NCBI GenBank assembly: GCA_040954595.2
Contig: CM082594.2
Span: 1,754,247-1,818,246, forward strand
Reading direction: 5' to 3'
DNA length: 64,000 bases
From: Balanoglossus misakiensis
Lineage: Eukaryota; Animalia; Hemichordata
The number at the start of each line of letters is the position of its first letter. The first letter of the stretch is position 1. A program made the position numbers and the translations under genes. Under the pieces are notes generated by a model. The model saw nothing but the letters and a program-made list of their open reading frames with translations. It was not told where the DNA came from and did not search any database. Of the stretch, positions 39,853 to 51,100 are shown one piece after another.

Positions 39853-41044
39853 AAACACTGCTTGAATTTCTACGATTATTAAGCAAACGGAAGCTTCACT
39901 ACCACATAGGCGTACACACAGAGCACGCGGCACGATAATTGTGTGCGTGGCCAGCTGATTGACCGACCCTATCTTATAATTTATATGGGAGAGAGCGGTT
40001 TTGTCTTGTTATATCCTACAAAAAGTGACCATATTAAAGTGGAGAAATAATGACCTGATAATTTGTGTGGCCGATCGACCGTCCCTATCTAAGGCCTATA
40101 TTGGTATGTTATGCAAGACACACTATTCGAAATAACGCCTGTCCGACAGTCCGAGACTGGTTGTTTTTCCATCAGACTGATAGTAAAAAAGTTACCAGTC
40201 CGGCGGAGAGGTTGAATTTAGCGTGGAGTTGACTTGTTTGCGGTATCATAGACGTACGTGACCCCATCGTGACCCTGGCTGTCCGAGATAGCACCACCAA
40301 CGATATCTTTTAGACCATCCTCTGTTTATTAGGCCCCTATTGCAATTAATTACCGTCCCTATCTTATATTGGAGGGAACGGGTTTGTCTTGGCCTATTAT
40401 GCAAAACACTTGAAAGATGAATTTTTTTTAAAAAAAATGACGTTTATGACATACAGATTTAACCGACCCCATAAGGTCCCGATGGTATATTAACATCATA
40501 CACCAAATTGGACTTAAAAACCAAAAATTGAAAGCCGCTGGAGTTTCTGCGACTATTTACCCAAACGAAGCTTTAGCCTAGTACTAACACACGCAAACAG
40601 CACGAGAGCGAACGGTTTTGTTTTGCTATGTTCTGCAAAAAAAACAAACTTGAATGATCGTGGAATTGAGGTAGTTATAGAAATCATGAATTTAAAGAAA
40701 GAAAGAAGTTGATGTATATGACGACAAATAATAAATAGACTATTTAGGCCTAATAGGAAAGTTTAAAAACAATGTAATGAAGACTGCTTGAATTTCTGCG
40801 ACAATGAACTCAACGTAAGCTGGACACTACTCACTCCGAGCCCGACCTGGTAATTTGTATGTTGTCCATCGAGCGCCTATAGCTTAGACCTATACAGGAG
40901 AGAACGGTTTATGAAGTTATGTTCAACAAAAATATATGATCATGGAATTAAAGAATTTGGAGAAAAAAAATAATTAAAAATGGACGTTTACGACGACAAA
41001 AAGGAAGACTGTTTAATGCAAAAGTTAAGAAAAAGGAAAAATTC

Positions 41045-41163
41045 AAGCCTACGGCACGTGGTATTCCCAGGCGGTCACCCATCCAAGTACTAAGCACGCC
41101 CAACCAGCTTAACTTCGGTGATCGGACGAGAACCGGTGTATTCGACGTGGTATGGCCGTAGGC
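41045..41163 (-). rRNA. RNA5S: 5S rRNA variant (del60, G71C), likely pseudogene
   Basis: 119 nt. Confidence 0.8.
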
Positions 41164-42350
41164 AAACACTGCTTGAATTTCTACGATTATTAAGCAAAAG
41201 GAAGCTTCACTAACACATAGGCGTACACACAGAGCACGCGGCACGATAATTGTGTGCGTGGCCAGCTGATTGACCGACCCTATCTTATAATTTATATGGG
41301 AGAGAGCGGTTTTGTCTTGTTATATCCTACAAAAAGTGACCATATTAAAGTGGAGAAATAATGACCTGATAATTTGTGTGGCCGATCGACCGTCCCTATC
41401 TAAGGCCTATATTGGTATGTTATGCAAGACACACTATTCGAAATAACGCCTGTCCGACAGTCCGAGACTGGTTGTTTTTCCATCAGACTGATAGTAAAAA
41501 AGTTACCAGTCCGGCGGACAGGTTGACTTTAGCGTGGAGTTGACTTGTTTGCGGTATCATAGACGTACGTGACCCCATCGTGACCCTGGCTGTCCGGGAT
41601 AGCACCACCAACGATATCTTTTAGACCATCCTCTGTTTATTAGGCCCCTATTGCAATTAATTACCGTCCCTATCTTATATTGGAGGGAACGGGTTTGTCT
41701 TGGCATGTTATGCAAAACACTTGAAAGATGAATTTTTTTTAAAAAAATGACGTTTATGACATACAGATGTAACCGACCCCATAAGGTCCCAATGGTATAT
41801 TAACATCATACACCAAATTGGACTTAAAAACCAAAAATTGAAAACCGCTGGAGTTTCTGCGACTATTTACCCAAACGAAGCTTTAGCCTAGTACTAACAC
41901 CCGCAAACAGCACGAGAGCGAACGGTTTTGTTTTGCTATGTTCTGCAAAAAAAATTGAATGATCGTGGAATTGAGGTAGTTATAGAAATCATGAATTTAA
42001 AGAAAGAAAGAAGTTGATGTATATGACGACAATTAATAAATATACTATTTAGGCCTAATAGGAAAGTTTAAAAACAATGTAATGAAGACTGCTTGAATTT
42101 CTGCGACAATGAACTCAACGTAAGATGGACACTACTCACTCCGAGCCCGACCTGGTAATTTGTATGTTGTCCATCGTGCGCCTATAGCTTAGACCTATAC
42201 AGGAGAGAACGGTTTATGAAGTTATGTTCAACAAAAATATATGATCATGGAATTAAAGAATTTGGACAAAAAAAAATAATTAAAAATGGACGTTTACGGC
42301 GACAAAAAGGAAGACTGTTTAATGCAAAAGTTAAGAAAAAGGAAAAATTC

Positions 42351-42400
42351 AAGCCTACGGCACGTGGTATTCCCAGGCGGTCACCCATCCAAGTACTAAC
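42351..42400 (-). pseudogene. RNA5S: 5'-deleted 5S pseudogene
   Basis: Same deletion junction as 28890/30050/32518. Confidence 0.92.
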
Positions 42401-43505
42401 GATAATTGTGTGCGTGGCCAGCTGATTGACCGACCCTATCTTATAATTTATATGGGAGAGAGCGGTTTTGTCTTGTTATATCCTACAAAAAGTGACCATA
42501 TTAAAGTGGAGAAATAATGACCTGATAATTTGTGTGGCCGATCGACCGTCCCTATCTAAGGCCTATATTGGTATGTTATGCAAGACACACTATTCGAAAT
42601 AACGCCTGTCCAACAGTCCGAGACTGGTTGTTTTTCCATCAGACTGATAGTAAAAAAGTTACCAGTCCGGCGGACAGGTTGAATTTAGCGTGGAGTTGAC
42701 TTGTTTGCGGTATCATAGACGTACGTGACCCCATCGTGACCCTGGCTGTCCGGGATAGCACCACCAACGATATCTTTTAGACCATCCTCTGTTTATTAGG
42801 CCCCTATTGCAATTGATTACCGTCCCTATCTTATATTGGAGGGAACGGGTTTGTCTTGGCATGTTATGCAGAACACTTGAAAGATGAATTTTTAAAAAAA
42901 AAATGACGTTTATGACATACAGATGTAACCGACCCCATAAGGTCCCAATGGTATATTAACATCATACACCAAATTGGACTTAAAAACCAAAAATTGAAAG
43001 CCGCTGGAGTTTCTGCGACTATTTACCCAAACGAAGCTTTAGCCTAGTACTAACACACGCAAACAGCACGAGAGCGAACGGTTTTGTTTTGCTATGTTCT
43101 GCAAAAGAAAACTTGAATGATCGTGGAATTGAGGTAGTTATAGAAATCATGAATTTAAAGAAAGAAAGAAGTTGATGTATATGACGACAATTAATAAATA
43201 TACTATTTAGGCCTAATAGGAAATTAAAAACAATGTAATGAAGACTGCTTGAATTTCTGCGACAATGAACTCAACGTAAGATGGACACTACTCACTCCGA
43301 GCCCGACCTGGTAATTTGTATGTTGTCCATCGAGCGCCTATAGCTTAGACCTATACAGGAGAGAACGGTTTATGAAGTTATGTTCAACAAAAATATATGA
43401 TCATGGAATTAAAGAATTTGGACAAAAAAAATAATTAAAAATGGACGTTTACGACGACAAAAAGGAAGACTGTTTAATGCAAAAGTTAAGAAAAAGGAAA
43501 AATTC

Positions 43506-43625
43506 AAGCCTACGGCACGTGGTATTCCCAGGCGGTCACCCATCCAAGGACTAACCACGCCCAACGCAGCTTAACTTCGGTGATCGGAAGAGAACCGGTG
43601 TATTCGACGTGGTATGGCCGTAGGC
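43506..43625 (-). rRNA. RNA5S: 5S rRNA variant (G37T, A77C); last gene of array
   Basis: Full length. Confidence 0.9.
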
Positions 43626-44627
43626 AAACACTGCTTGAATTTCTACGATTATTAAGCAAACGGAAGCTTCACTAACACATAGGCGTACACACAGAGCACG
43701 CGGCACGATAATTGTGTGCGTGGCCAGCTGATTGACCGACCCTATCTTATAATTTATATGGGAGAGAGCGGTTTTGTCATGTTATATCCTACAAAAAGTG
43801 ACCATATTAAAGTGGAGAAATAATGACCTGATAATTTGTGTGGCCGATCGACCGTCCCTATCTAAGGCCTATATTGGTATGTTATGCAAGACACAATATT
43901 CGAAATAGCGCCTGTCCGACAGTCCGAGACTGGTTGTTTTTCCATCAGACTGATAGTAAAAAAGTTACCAGTCCGGCGGACAGGTTGACTTTAGCGTGGA
44001 GTTGACTTGTTTGCGGTATCATAGACGTACGTGACCCCATCGTGACCCTGGCTGTCCGGGATAGCACCACCAACGATATCTTTTAGACCATCCTCTGTTT
44101 CTTAGGCCCCTATTGCAATTAATTACCGTCCCTATCTTATATTGGAGGGAACGGGTTTGTCTTGGCATGTTATGCAAAACACTTGAAAGATGAATTTTTT
44201 TTAAAAAAATGACGTTTATGACATACAGATGTAACCGACCCCATAAGGTCCCAATGGTATATTAACATCATACACCAAATTGGACTTAAAAACCAAAAAT
44301 TGAAAGCCGCTGGAGTTTCTGCGACTATTTACCCATACGAAGCTTTAGTAGAATACACGAGTTTTATCTTGGAAAAACAGTAAAAACTTCAAAAAATAAT
44401 ATGCCCACTGAAGTTCTGCTTTCGATCAGAAATTCCTTTCCATTCCGTTCAAAATCCGTGTGGTGATAAAAGCAAAACGTGGAACATTTTTTGGATTTGG
44501 AGAAACTATTTTTTATTTCGTGTGGCTATTCCGTTCCGTTCCGTAAGCCTCACAAGAATAGAGAGGTTCGGCTACACGTTATACGCGAACGTTATACGTG
44601 AACGCGCAACGTCAACGTCAATAATCT

Positions 44628-44743
44628 TTACGGCCCTGATACGGGTTTTGCGGCCCGAGGTCGTACGGCGGAAGCGCCCGACGGCAGGGAGGGCGCGAAT
44701 CGCCGTACGACCGAGGGCCGCAAAACCCGTATCAGGGCTGTAA
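44628..44743. repeat. GC-rich long hairpin (43-bp arms plus inner GCGCCC/GGGCGC stem), probable Crypton-type terminal structure
   Basis: 44628-44670 is the reverse complement of 44701-44743 with 3 mismatches; the hairpin is certain, the Crypton link is inferred. Confidence 0.75.
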
Positions 44744-45173
44744 GGGTTTTATCATATGCCTTATTGAACCACAATCTACAAGAAATTAATAAAAATACAC
44801 ATTCTGTAATTTTTGGAATGTAGAAATTACGTATTTATCTGCCGTTTTGAAATGATCAATCGCTTAGCATAGAGCCGTATTCCTCCAGCTCTTGCGGATT
44901 GATATGCATGACGTCATTTGTTTACATTTTATACAGACGCGCTCGAGCTCACCCAGCCGATCGCGAGCGAGATATCAATTTTTTCCTCGCGACGATCGAC
45001 GGCGACAGTCACACATTAGTCAGATCAAAATTCAAATCATCAATATTACTAAGATATCATATTTGATTTTCCTAATAAAGCTCTACAACATGCAGGTATT
45101 ACGGGAGAGGATGGGATCGGAAGCCATACACAGCCAACACTCAAGTCACTGACATCAGACAAATCGTTGTGAC

Positions 45174-45232
45174 TATCGACACGACGACCGTGTCGATAGG
45201 TGCATTAAAGCACCTTATCGACACGATCACGA
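45174..45232. repeat. Copies of the TATCGACACG-N-CGTGTCGATA palindrome
   Basis: Same motif as the 60719-62967 minisatellite. Confidence 0.8.
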
Positions 45233-45527
45233 TGACCTTGCGATTAAATACAAAATTTACACTAATGTCGCCCGTTTGCTTCAGCAAATGTTCTCAAATG
45301 TACGGCTTTCGTGTTGAAATCAATTTTCCTCGTGTGACAAAAAAAGTGTGTCGTTCCCCGGCCCCTACAGTCACTACGTGTTAACGCCATGAAATCCAAT
45401 CACCTTTTTATAATAAACAACCAATGAAATAGTGTTCCCAATATTTACGTGTTGAACTCAAACTGTAAAAAAATCCAATCAGAGAACATTAAAAAAATAA
45501 ATCGCACGCGTAGCTTAAAACATGTTC

Positions 45528-45555
45528 AACAACAACAACAACAACAACAACAACA
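45528..45555. repeat. (CAA)n microsatellite
   Basis: About nine CAA units. Confidence 0.9.
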
Positions 45556-45624
45556 GCATTTGTTTGATTTATGTAGCTTATTTTCTTCATTTTGAAGAAT
45601 AAATTCATGGTGGCGTACGGGGTT

Positions 45625-46130
45625 TACGGTGGCTCTCTCATGTCAGGCCTAAAATATTATTTTGAAAGTTAAACTTTCAAAATTATAGACAATATCTTCT
45701 CCCAAAAGTAAACTTAAGTTTTGGTGAAGGCAACTATAATTTTGACGCACACAATTTCAATTTCAGTGGAGTAAACTTTTTAATTTTGACAGTAAAACTT
45801 TAAATTTACTTTACACAACTCTTATTTTAGAGAGCAAAAGTTTAATTTCCGAAAGCCAATTTTATTTTTTCCGAGAGTAAAATTTTAAGATTTTTTTCCA
45901 AAATAAACTTCTAACACTTGAGATAAAATATTATCTATACTACATAGAATTTTTTTATTTTCAGAAAGAAATAGTTAATTTTGTAAAACTTTTTTTAAGT
46001 AACATTACTTTTCGCGGGTGAAAATTGTATTTTACAGATGTAAATATATTTTTATATAATTTCTAGTTACACAACTTATGGGGGCGCTCTTTCTATTGCT
46101 ACTGACAAACTTTTTCATGGGGGCGCTATT
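45625..46130 (+). repeat. Left terminal inverted repeat
   Basis: 45731-46130 is a near-perfect reverse complement of 60192-60591. Confidence 0.88.
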
Positions 46131-46275
46131 ATTTTTTTCAAGTGCTACTTTGTAACTTTTTAGGGAACAGTGAAACTTTTTTTTCGACAAGCACAAATAT
46201 TTTTTTAACGGCGGCGGAAGTTGAAGTATCCCACCATGCCATGCCACAGCAACGTTTTTCTCCTAAACCTCTGCC

Positions 46276-46587
46276 ATGGCCGAAGAGTACATCGTCGTTA
46301 CGGACAAGCAGAGCGGCCAAACCGTCGAGTTGCCGCTCGAACGAGACGAAACTTTATTGTTAAGCACTGTTCAGTGCCAATTTTCCGGAGCCTGTGGTGT
46401 AAGGTACCGAACTGTCAATGTCATCGATGGATGCCTCACAATTCGTGGCCTCAGATGTGTGAATGGTGTCATTTATCCACCAAATAATGGGCCCGGGTAC
46501 ATGGTAATCAACTTGAGGTTGTATATGCCAATTCTCCTGCATCTAGTGGTAAAGGGGGTGATGCCAGTGCCGGTAAAGTTACTCCCG
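46276..46587 (+). pseudogene. Cargo gene exon 1: TDP-43 N-terminal (TDP43_N)-like domain, 1 frameshift near 46487
   Basis: EYIVVT...VELPLERDETLLLSTVQCQFSGACGVRYR...IRGLRCVNGVIYPP matches TDP-43 EYIRVT...[29 protein letters not shown]...MRGVRLVEGILHAP; shifted frame gives W...GNQLEVVY and ends at G|GTAAGT donor (46588). Confidence 0.88.
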
Positions 46588-46791
46588 GTAAGTTGCCTGT
46601 TCTACCGTCTACGTGTGTTTCTTTATTTTGTAATCTGAGAGATTTACAAAACCTGGATTATTCACGAATCGCTTCAGCTGATGCGGATCTAGCCTAGCCC
46701 CGCATGACCGTCCGAGACGTGTAACGCCAGAAACACAGAGCGTGTACGAAGTGATATGCAGATCAGGTCAATTTAATAGTGCACGTCTTTA

Positions 46792-47214
46792 GGGACATTT
46801 CTTCAGCCGGGGTGGATTCTATTTTGTTGATATCAAAATGTGGCTAACCCCACCCCCCCCTCATTGAACATTTAAAAGTTGGTGACACCTCCCATACCAA
46901 CTTTCAAAAACTTAGGGAATGAATAACAGTGACAATTTGCATTTATGCATTAATTTAAATAATTAAAATATAACATGAATAAACAAAATATGCAAGTCAT
47001 TACAATAATTGGCAGACATAGTAATCAAGAGAAGTGAAGGGGGTGGGATGGTTGTCCCCTTCCACGTTAGAAAATCTTGTAGTATACAGAGCTTGAAACT
47101 GAATTTTTGTGTACTCAAAAGCAATTTTAGTCCCTCATTCAGCATTTCCAAATCAAGGTGACCCCCTATAATCCACTGCCCCCCCCCCCCCGACTGAAGA
47201 AACTGACCAGTCCC
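46792..47214. mobile_element. PIF/Harbinger-like MITE in the intron
   Basis: GGGAC..TTTCTTCAGCCGGGG / CCCCGACTGAAGAAA..GTCCC imperfect TIRs, TTA on both sides. Confidence 0.65.
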
Positions 47215-47430
47215 TTAGCCCCTGTATGATACCATTATTTTTAGGGACAGGGGGGGCATGAGTGTGGGTGTGCTTCGAAACGATTTGATTCAATTAGATA
47301 TTTGCTTTTTAACTGCAAGCCAATAAAGCAATAAACAGTATTGATCACAGCATAGGCTTTTGGCTGCTTCTCCAAATTGTCTTACGTGTTGAAACATTTG
47401 TGTCTGTTTTTCATACACGATTTATCAATC

Positions 47431-47561
47431 TGATTAAAATCAGATGTAGGGAACGGCGACGTCTTTTAATTATACGCGGTGCCTAGTGTGAGGCGACAGC
47501 ATAAGAATATCGTACCACGTAAGTAAAGGACGTCGCTGTTCCCTACATCTGATTTTAATCA
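47431..47561. repeat. 131-bp foldback/MITE in the intron
   Basis: TGATTAAAATCAGATGTAGGGAACGGCGACGTC...GACGTCGCTGTTCCCTACATCTGATTTTAATCA, ~38-bp arms. Confidence 0.75.
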
Positions 47562-47689
47562 CTGAGTGATATGCTGAAGCTTTCTGACTTACTGTACTTT
47601 TTTCTATCTACTTATATATGGAACCTATTCTTTAAACCTCAGTTTATCTCTGGTTATAACAATTTTATGTTATTATCCATATTTTTCAG

Positions 47690-48070
47690 TTTCAACATAT
47701 GCAGAAAAGATGTTTGGTCGAGTAAAGTCATTCAGTGCATTCAAAGAGGAAAAGAATTCATATCGTAAATTCACACCAAAAGGGAGCAGAAGGAAAGGAG
47801 TAGGAAAGACAAGCCATGAAGATGATGTCCAGATCTCAATAGGTGTCATGTATTTCGATGAGAAGCTGCAACAGCTGAAGCCACACTGGGGAAAACGCCT
47901 CCAATCCAGGCCAAAACTAATGCAACTTATGCAACAATATTAGAGACAGGACTTCAAAAATGGAAGTCTTTGAAGAAGAATTTCATTGATGAACAACAAA
48001 ACTATATACTTGTGTATGAAGATGGATCGCAAGCACTTTTCATCCCAGGATCAGAGAAGAAAGAATTTTT
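47690..48070 (+). pseudogene. Cargo gene exon 2, 5' part (basic region plus probable ubiquitin-like domain), frameshift near 47900
   Basis: TTTTTCAG acceptor at 47689 joins phase-1 in frame with ORF 47710; VQISIGVM...LKPHWGKRL/PIQAKTNATYATILETGLQKW...YILVYEDGSQALFIPGSEKKEFF continues across the L1 TSD into MLSRYKDELG. Confidence 0.8.
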
Positions 48071-48179
48071 TTTTTTTTTTTTTTTTTTTTTATTTATTTT
48101 TTTTTTCATTTCAAAAATACAGGACAAAAACAAAAAAGTCGACAAAGACAAGAAAAAGAAAGAAACCACAAAAAGAACA

Positions 48180-51100
48180 CTAATCAACGAACAAGTTGAC
48201 AAAAGCTCCCCATTTTTCTAGATGTATCCCCTGTCTATCATTTGTAGTGGCTACATTATCTTCTATTTTATAAATAGATTTCACATATGATTTAAACTGA
48301 AGCATGTTTGGCAAAACATTCGATACTTTACATTTAAAAATATAAGAACGTCCAATCAAAAGAATGAAATTTGCAAGTTGACTACCCCCCTCATCTATAT
48401 TACCCAGAATACAATACATTGCACTTAACCTTAGTGTATTAAGTGTAACAGTAAAAAACCACTCTTTCACTGAAATCCAAAACTGAGTAGTATAAATACA
48501 ATCCCAAAAAAGATGGTAATAATCCTCTACGACATCTTTACAAAAAATACAAAGTGGGGAGTCAATTATTCGCCATTTGTAAAGCATGCGGTTTGAAGGC
48601 AAGATCTTCATTATTAGTTTGTACTGAAAATTCCAAAGCTTAATATCATTTGTTAATTTGAAAGGAAGCGAAAACACAGTTTTTAAGGAAAATACTTCAT
48701 CAAATACATCGTACCAATAACGTATTATGTGTGGAGAAAGCTCCTGAGGTGTTTGTAAATTCAGAAAAAAAGTGTACATCTCTCTATTGAGTTTTTTACC
48801 AGACAAACAATTGGGATTACGAAAATTAGGCTTACATACCAGTAGTTTGGATGAGTGTGAATTCTGTACAATATTTTTCCAATCAAGTGGTATTGCACAT
48901 AATAATTGATTATACTGAAATTGTGTACAAATATTACCATATATTGTAATAAACTGCTCATAATTATAAAACTTACAATTAGCATCGATAAGATCATTAA
49001 TAAAAATAACACCATTCCTTGAAAAGTTATTCCACAATATTGGCTTATCACTAATTCGTATATCAGAATTATTGCAAATTAGTTCTTGGCATACATCGTC
49101 TTTATCAGATACTGTAGTGGTATTATACTGCAGCCATGCTGAATAAATTTGTCTTAAGAAAACAGAATTAATGGGGTTCAAAATATGAAAATCATCTTTT
49201 TTTAAATTGGCATAATACACTTGGGGCCCACCAAAACTGGAAAGAACAAATTTATACCATTTACTACAAAATAAACTATTGTTGCACATGATCCTCAAAA
49301 ACCAGGCTGTCTTTAGCGTCAAATTAAAGGCAGGCAAATTTGTCAAATTGAGACCCCCATTTACATATGAATTGTAGATGGTATTCCTCTTAATCTTGTC
49401 TCGCTTACCACCCCACAAAAAATTGAAAACTAAAGTTTCATACTTTTTAAAGAAGTCATTACCAGGAGATGGTAGAGACATGAAAAGATGAGTAAACTGT
49501 GAATTGACCAAGGATTTTATAATTGTTACTTTCCCATAAAAAGTGAGCCCCCTACCCTGCCATGGCTGCAGTATCTTCCTCGCCTTTTCAAGCCGAGGAT
49601 TAAAGTTGACAGTTACAAGATGTGATGAATTATTTGGAATGTGGATACCAAGAACATTAACATCGCCATCAGTCCATACTAAAGGAAAGGCAGTATTGAT
49701 ATGGAAATCAGTGTTTTTAAGAGACCCAATGCGCAATACCTTACATTTCTCATAATTGGGTTTCAGACCAGAGAATGTAGAAAACACTTTCAAAATATCA
49801 AGCAAAGCATTAAAAGAACAATAATCAGGTTGACAAGGAAAGTTTGTGTCATCGGCATATTGTGAAATCTTGTTATCGATAGGGCCTGTCTTTAGACCTT
49901 TAAAGTCATTACATGTTCTCACCCGTATTGCCAGCATTTCTACGGCTATTACAAATAAATATGGCGACAGTGGGCAACCCTGTCGAACACCCCGAGAAAG
50001 AATAAAATTTTCAGAAATATGACCATAATTGATAATACGACTGGAAATATTGTTATACAAAACTTTTATCCATGACAGAAAAGAAGGACCGAAATTAAAA
50101 TACTCTAAGCTCTTAAGAATAAAATCCCATCTCAATTTGTCAAAAGCCTTCTCAAAATCAGCAATGAAGACCAAACCTGGCTCTTTATTCTTCTCGTACA
50201 AATCTATAATCTCCAAAAGCCTCCTAATATTATCTGCAATAAATCTACCATGAATAAAACCAGTTTGGTCCTCATTGATAATTGTAGTAATAACTCGTTT
50301 AACACGCAATGAGAGACTTTTGGCAAGAATGCGAGTATCACAACAAAGTAAAGTTAAAGGTCTCCAATTCTTTAAAAAAGTTGGGTCCTTATCATTACCC
50401 TGCGCATCCTGTTTTAGGAGAAGTGATAATAGCCCCTCCCTCTGTGAAGGTGATAAAAAGCCGCATTCAAAGGAATAATTGAAGCTATTAAGCATGGGTG
50501 TGCACAATTCTGTGAAGAAAGCTTTATAAATTTCAACGGGCATACCATCCAACCCTGGAGATTTTCCAGTTGGGAAGGATTTAATGGCTTGCCATAATTC
50601 ATTGGCAGTAATAGAGCCTTCACATATATGCTGTTCAAAACTACTCAGCCGATTCACATGGTTATCGGTAAACAAAATGGAACAGTCCTCATGATTAAGA
50701 GGGACTGGAGGGTCTACAAATGCATAAAGTTCTTTAAAAAATACAACTTCTTCCCTCAAAATGTCTGTTGGGTTTGATAAAATAGTTCCGTCAGACCGAA
50801 CAAGAGACATAACATTTTTTCTTGAATAGTTTCTGTGAACAAGATTAAGAAAATAGTTTGTAGGACGTTCGCCCCAATTAAGCCATCTACCTTTGGCACG
50901 GATCATAAGCCCAGCTGTTCTAGCTGCATAAATAGACTCAAGTTCGTCCTGTTTCATCGATAAATGCAGATTATTGTCATCTGTATAATGATCAGAACCC
51001 GAGTCAATAATAGTATGAAGCTCATTAATTTCCTCAATTAAACGATTCTCCTTTTCTTTACATTTGCGCTGTTTAATTGAGCTAAATTTAATGCAATGAC

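Larger units (their letters stand above)
28651..44348 (-). repeat. 5S rDNA array block 3: mixed long/short units, 9 full genes plus 4 deleted, minus strand; array ends at ~44348
   Basis: Orientation flips at 28651; unit similarity stops after ACCCATACGAAGCTTTAG. Confidence 0.96.

Noticed and set aside
124-42425. Dozens of recurring 60-122 aa ORFs in the array
   Set aside because: They overlap 5S genes or spacer, mostly use non-ATG starts, appear and vanish with homopolymer length changes, and have no protein motifs
44349-44620. Possible MITE fragments (ATTCCGTTCCGTTCCG, ATAGAGAGGTT)
   Set aside because: No partner terminus or TSD found, so it cannot be delimited
46276-46638. A genuine TARDBP gene or retrocopy
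   Set aside because: Only the NTD is present; no RRM1/RRM2 or low-complexity tail follows; it lies inside transposon inverted repeats and splices toward a HECT domain
47970-48221. Poly-Phe/poly-Lys ORFs
   Set aside because: They read through the L1 poly(A) tail and 3' UTR
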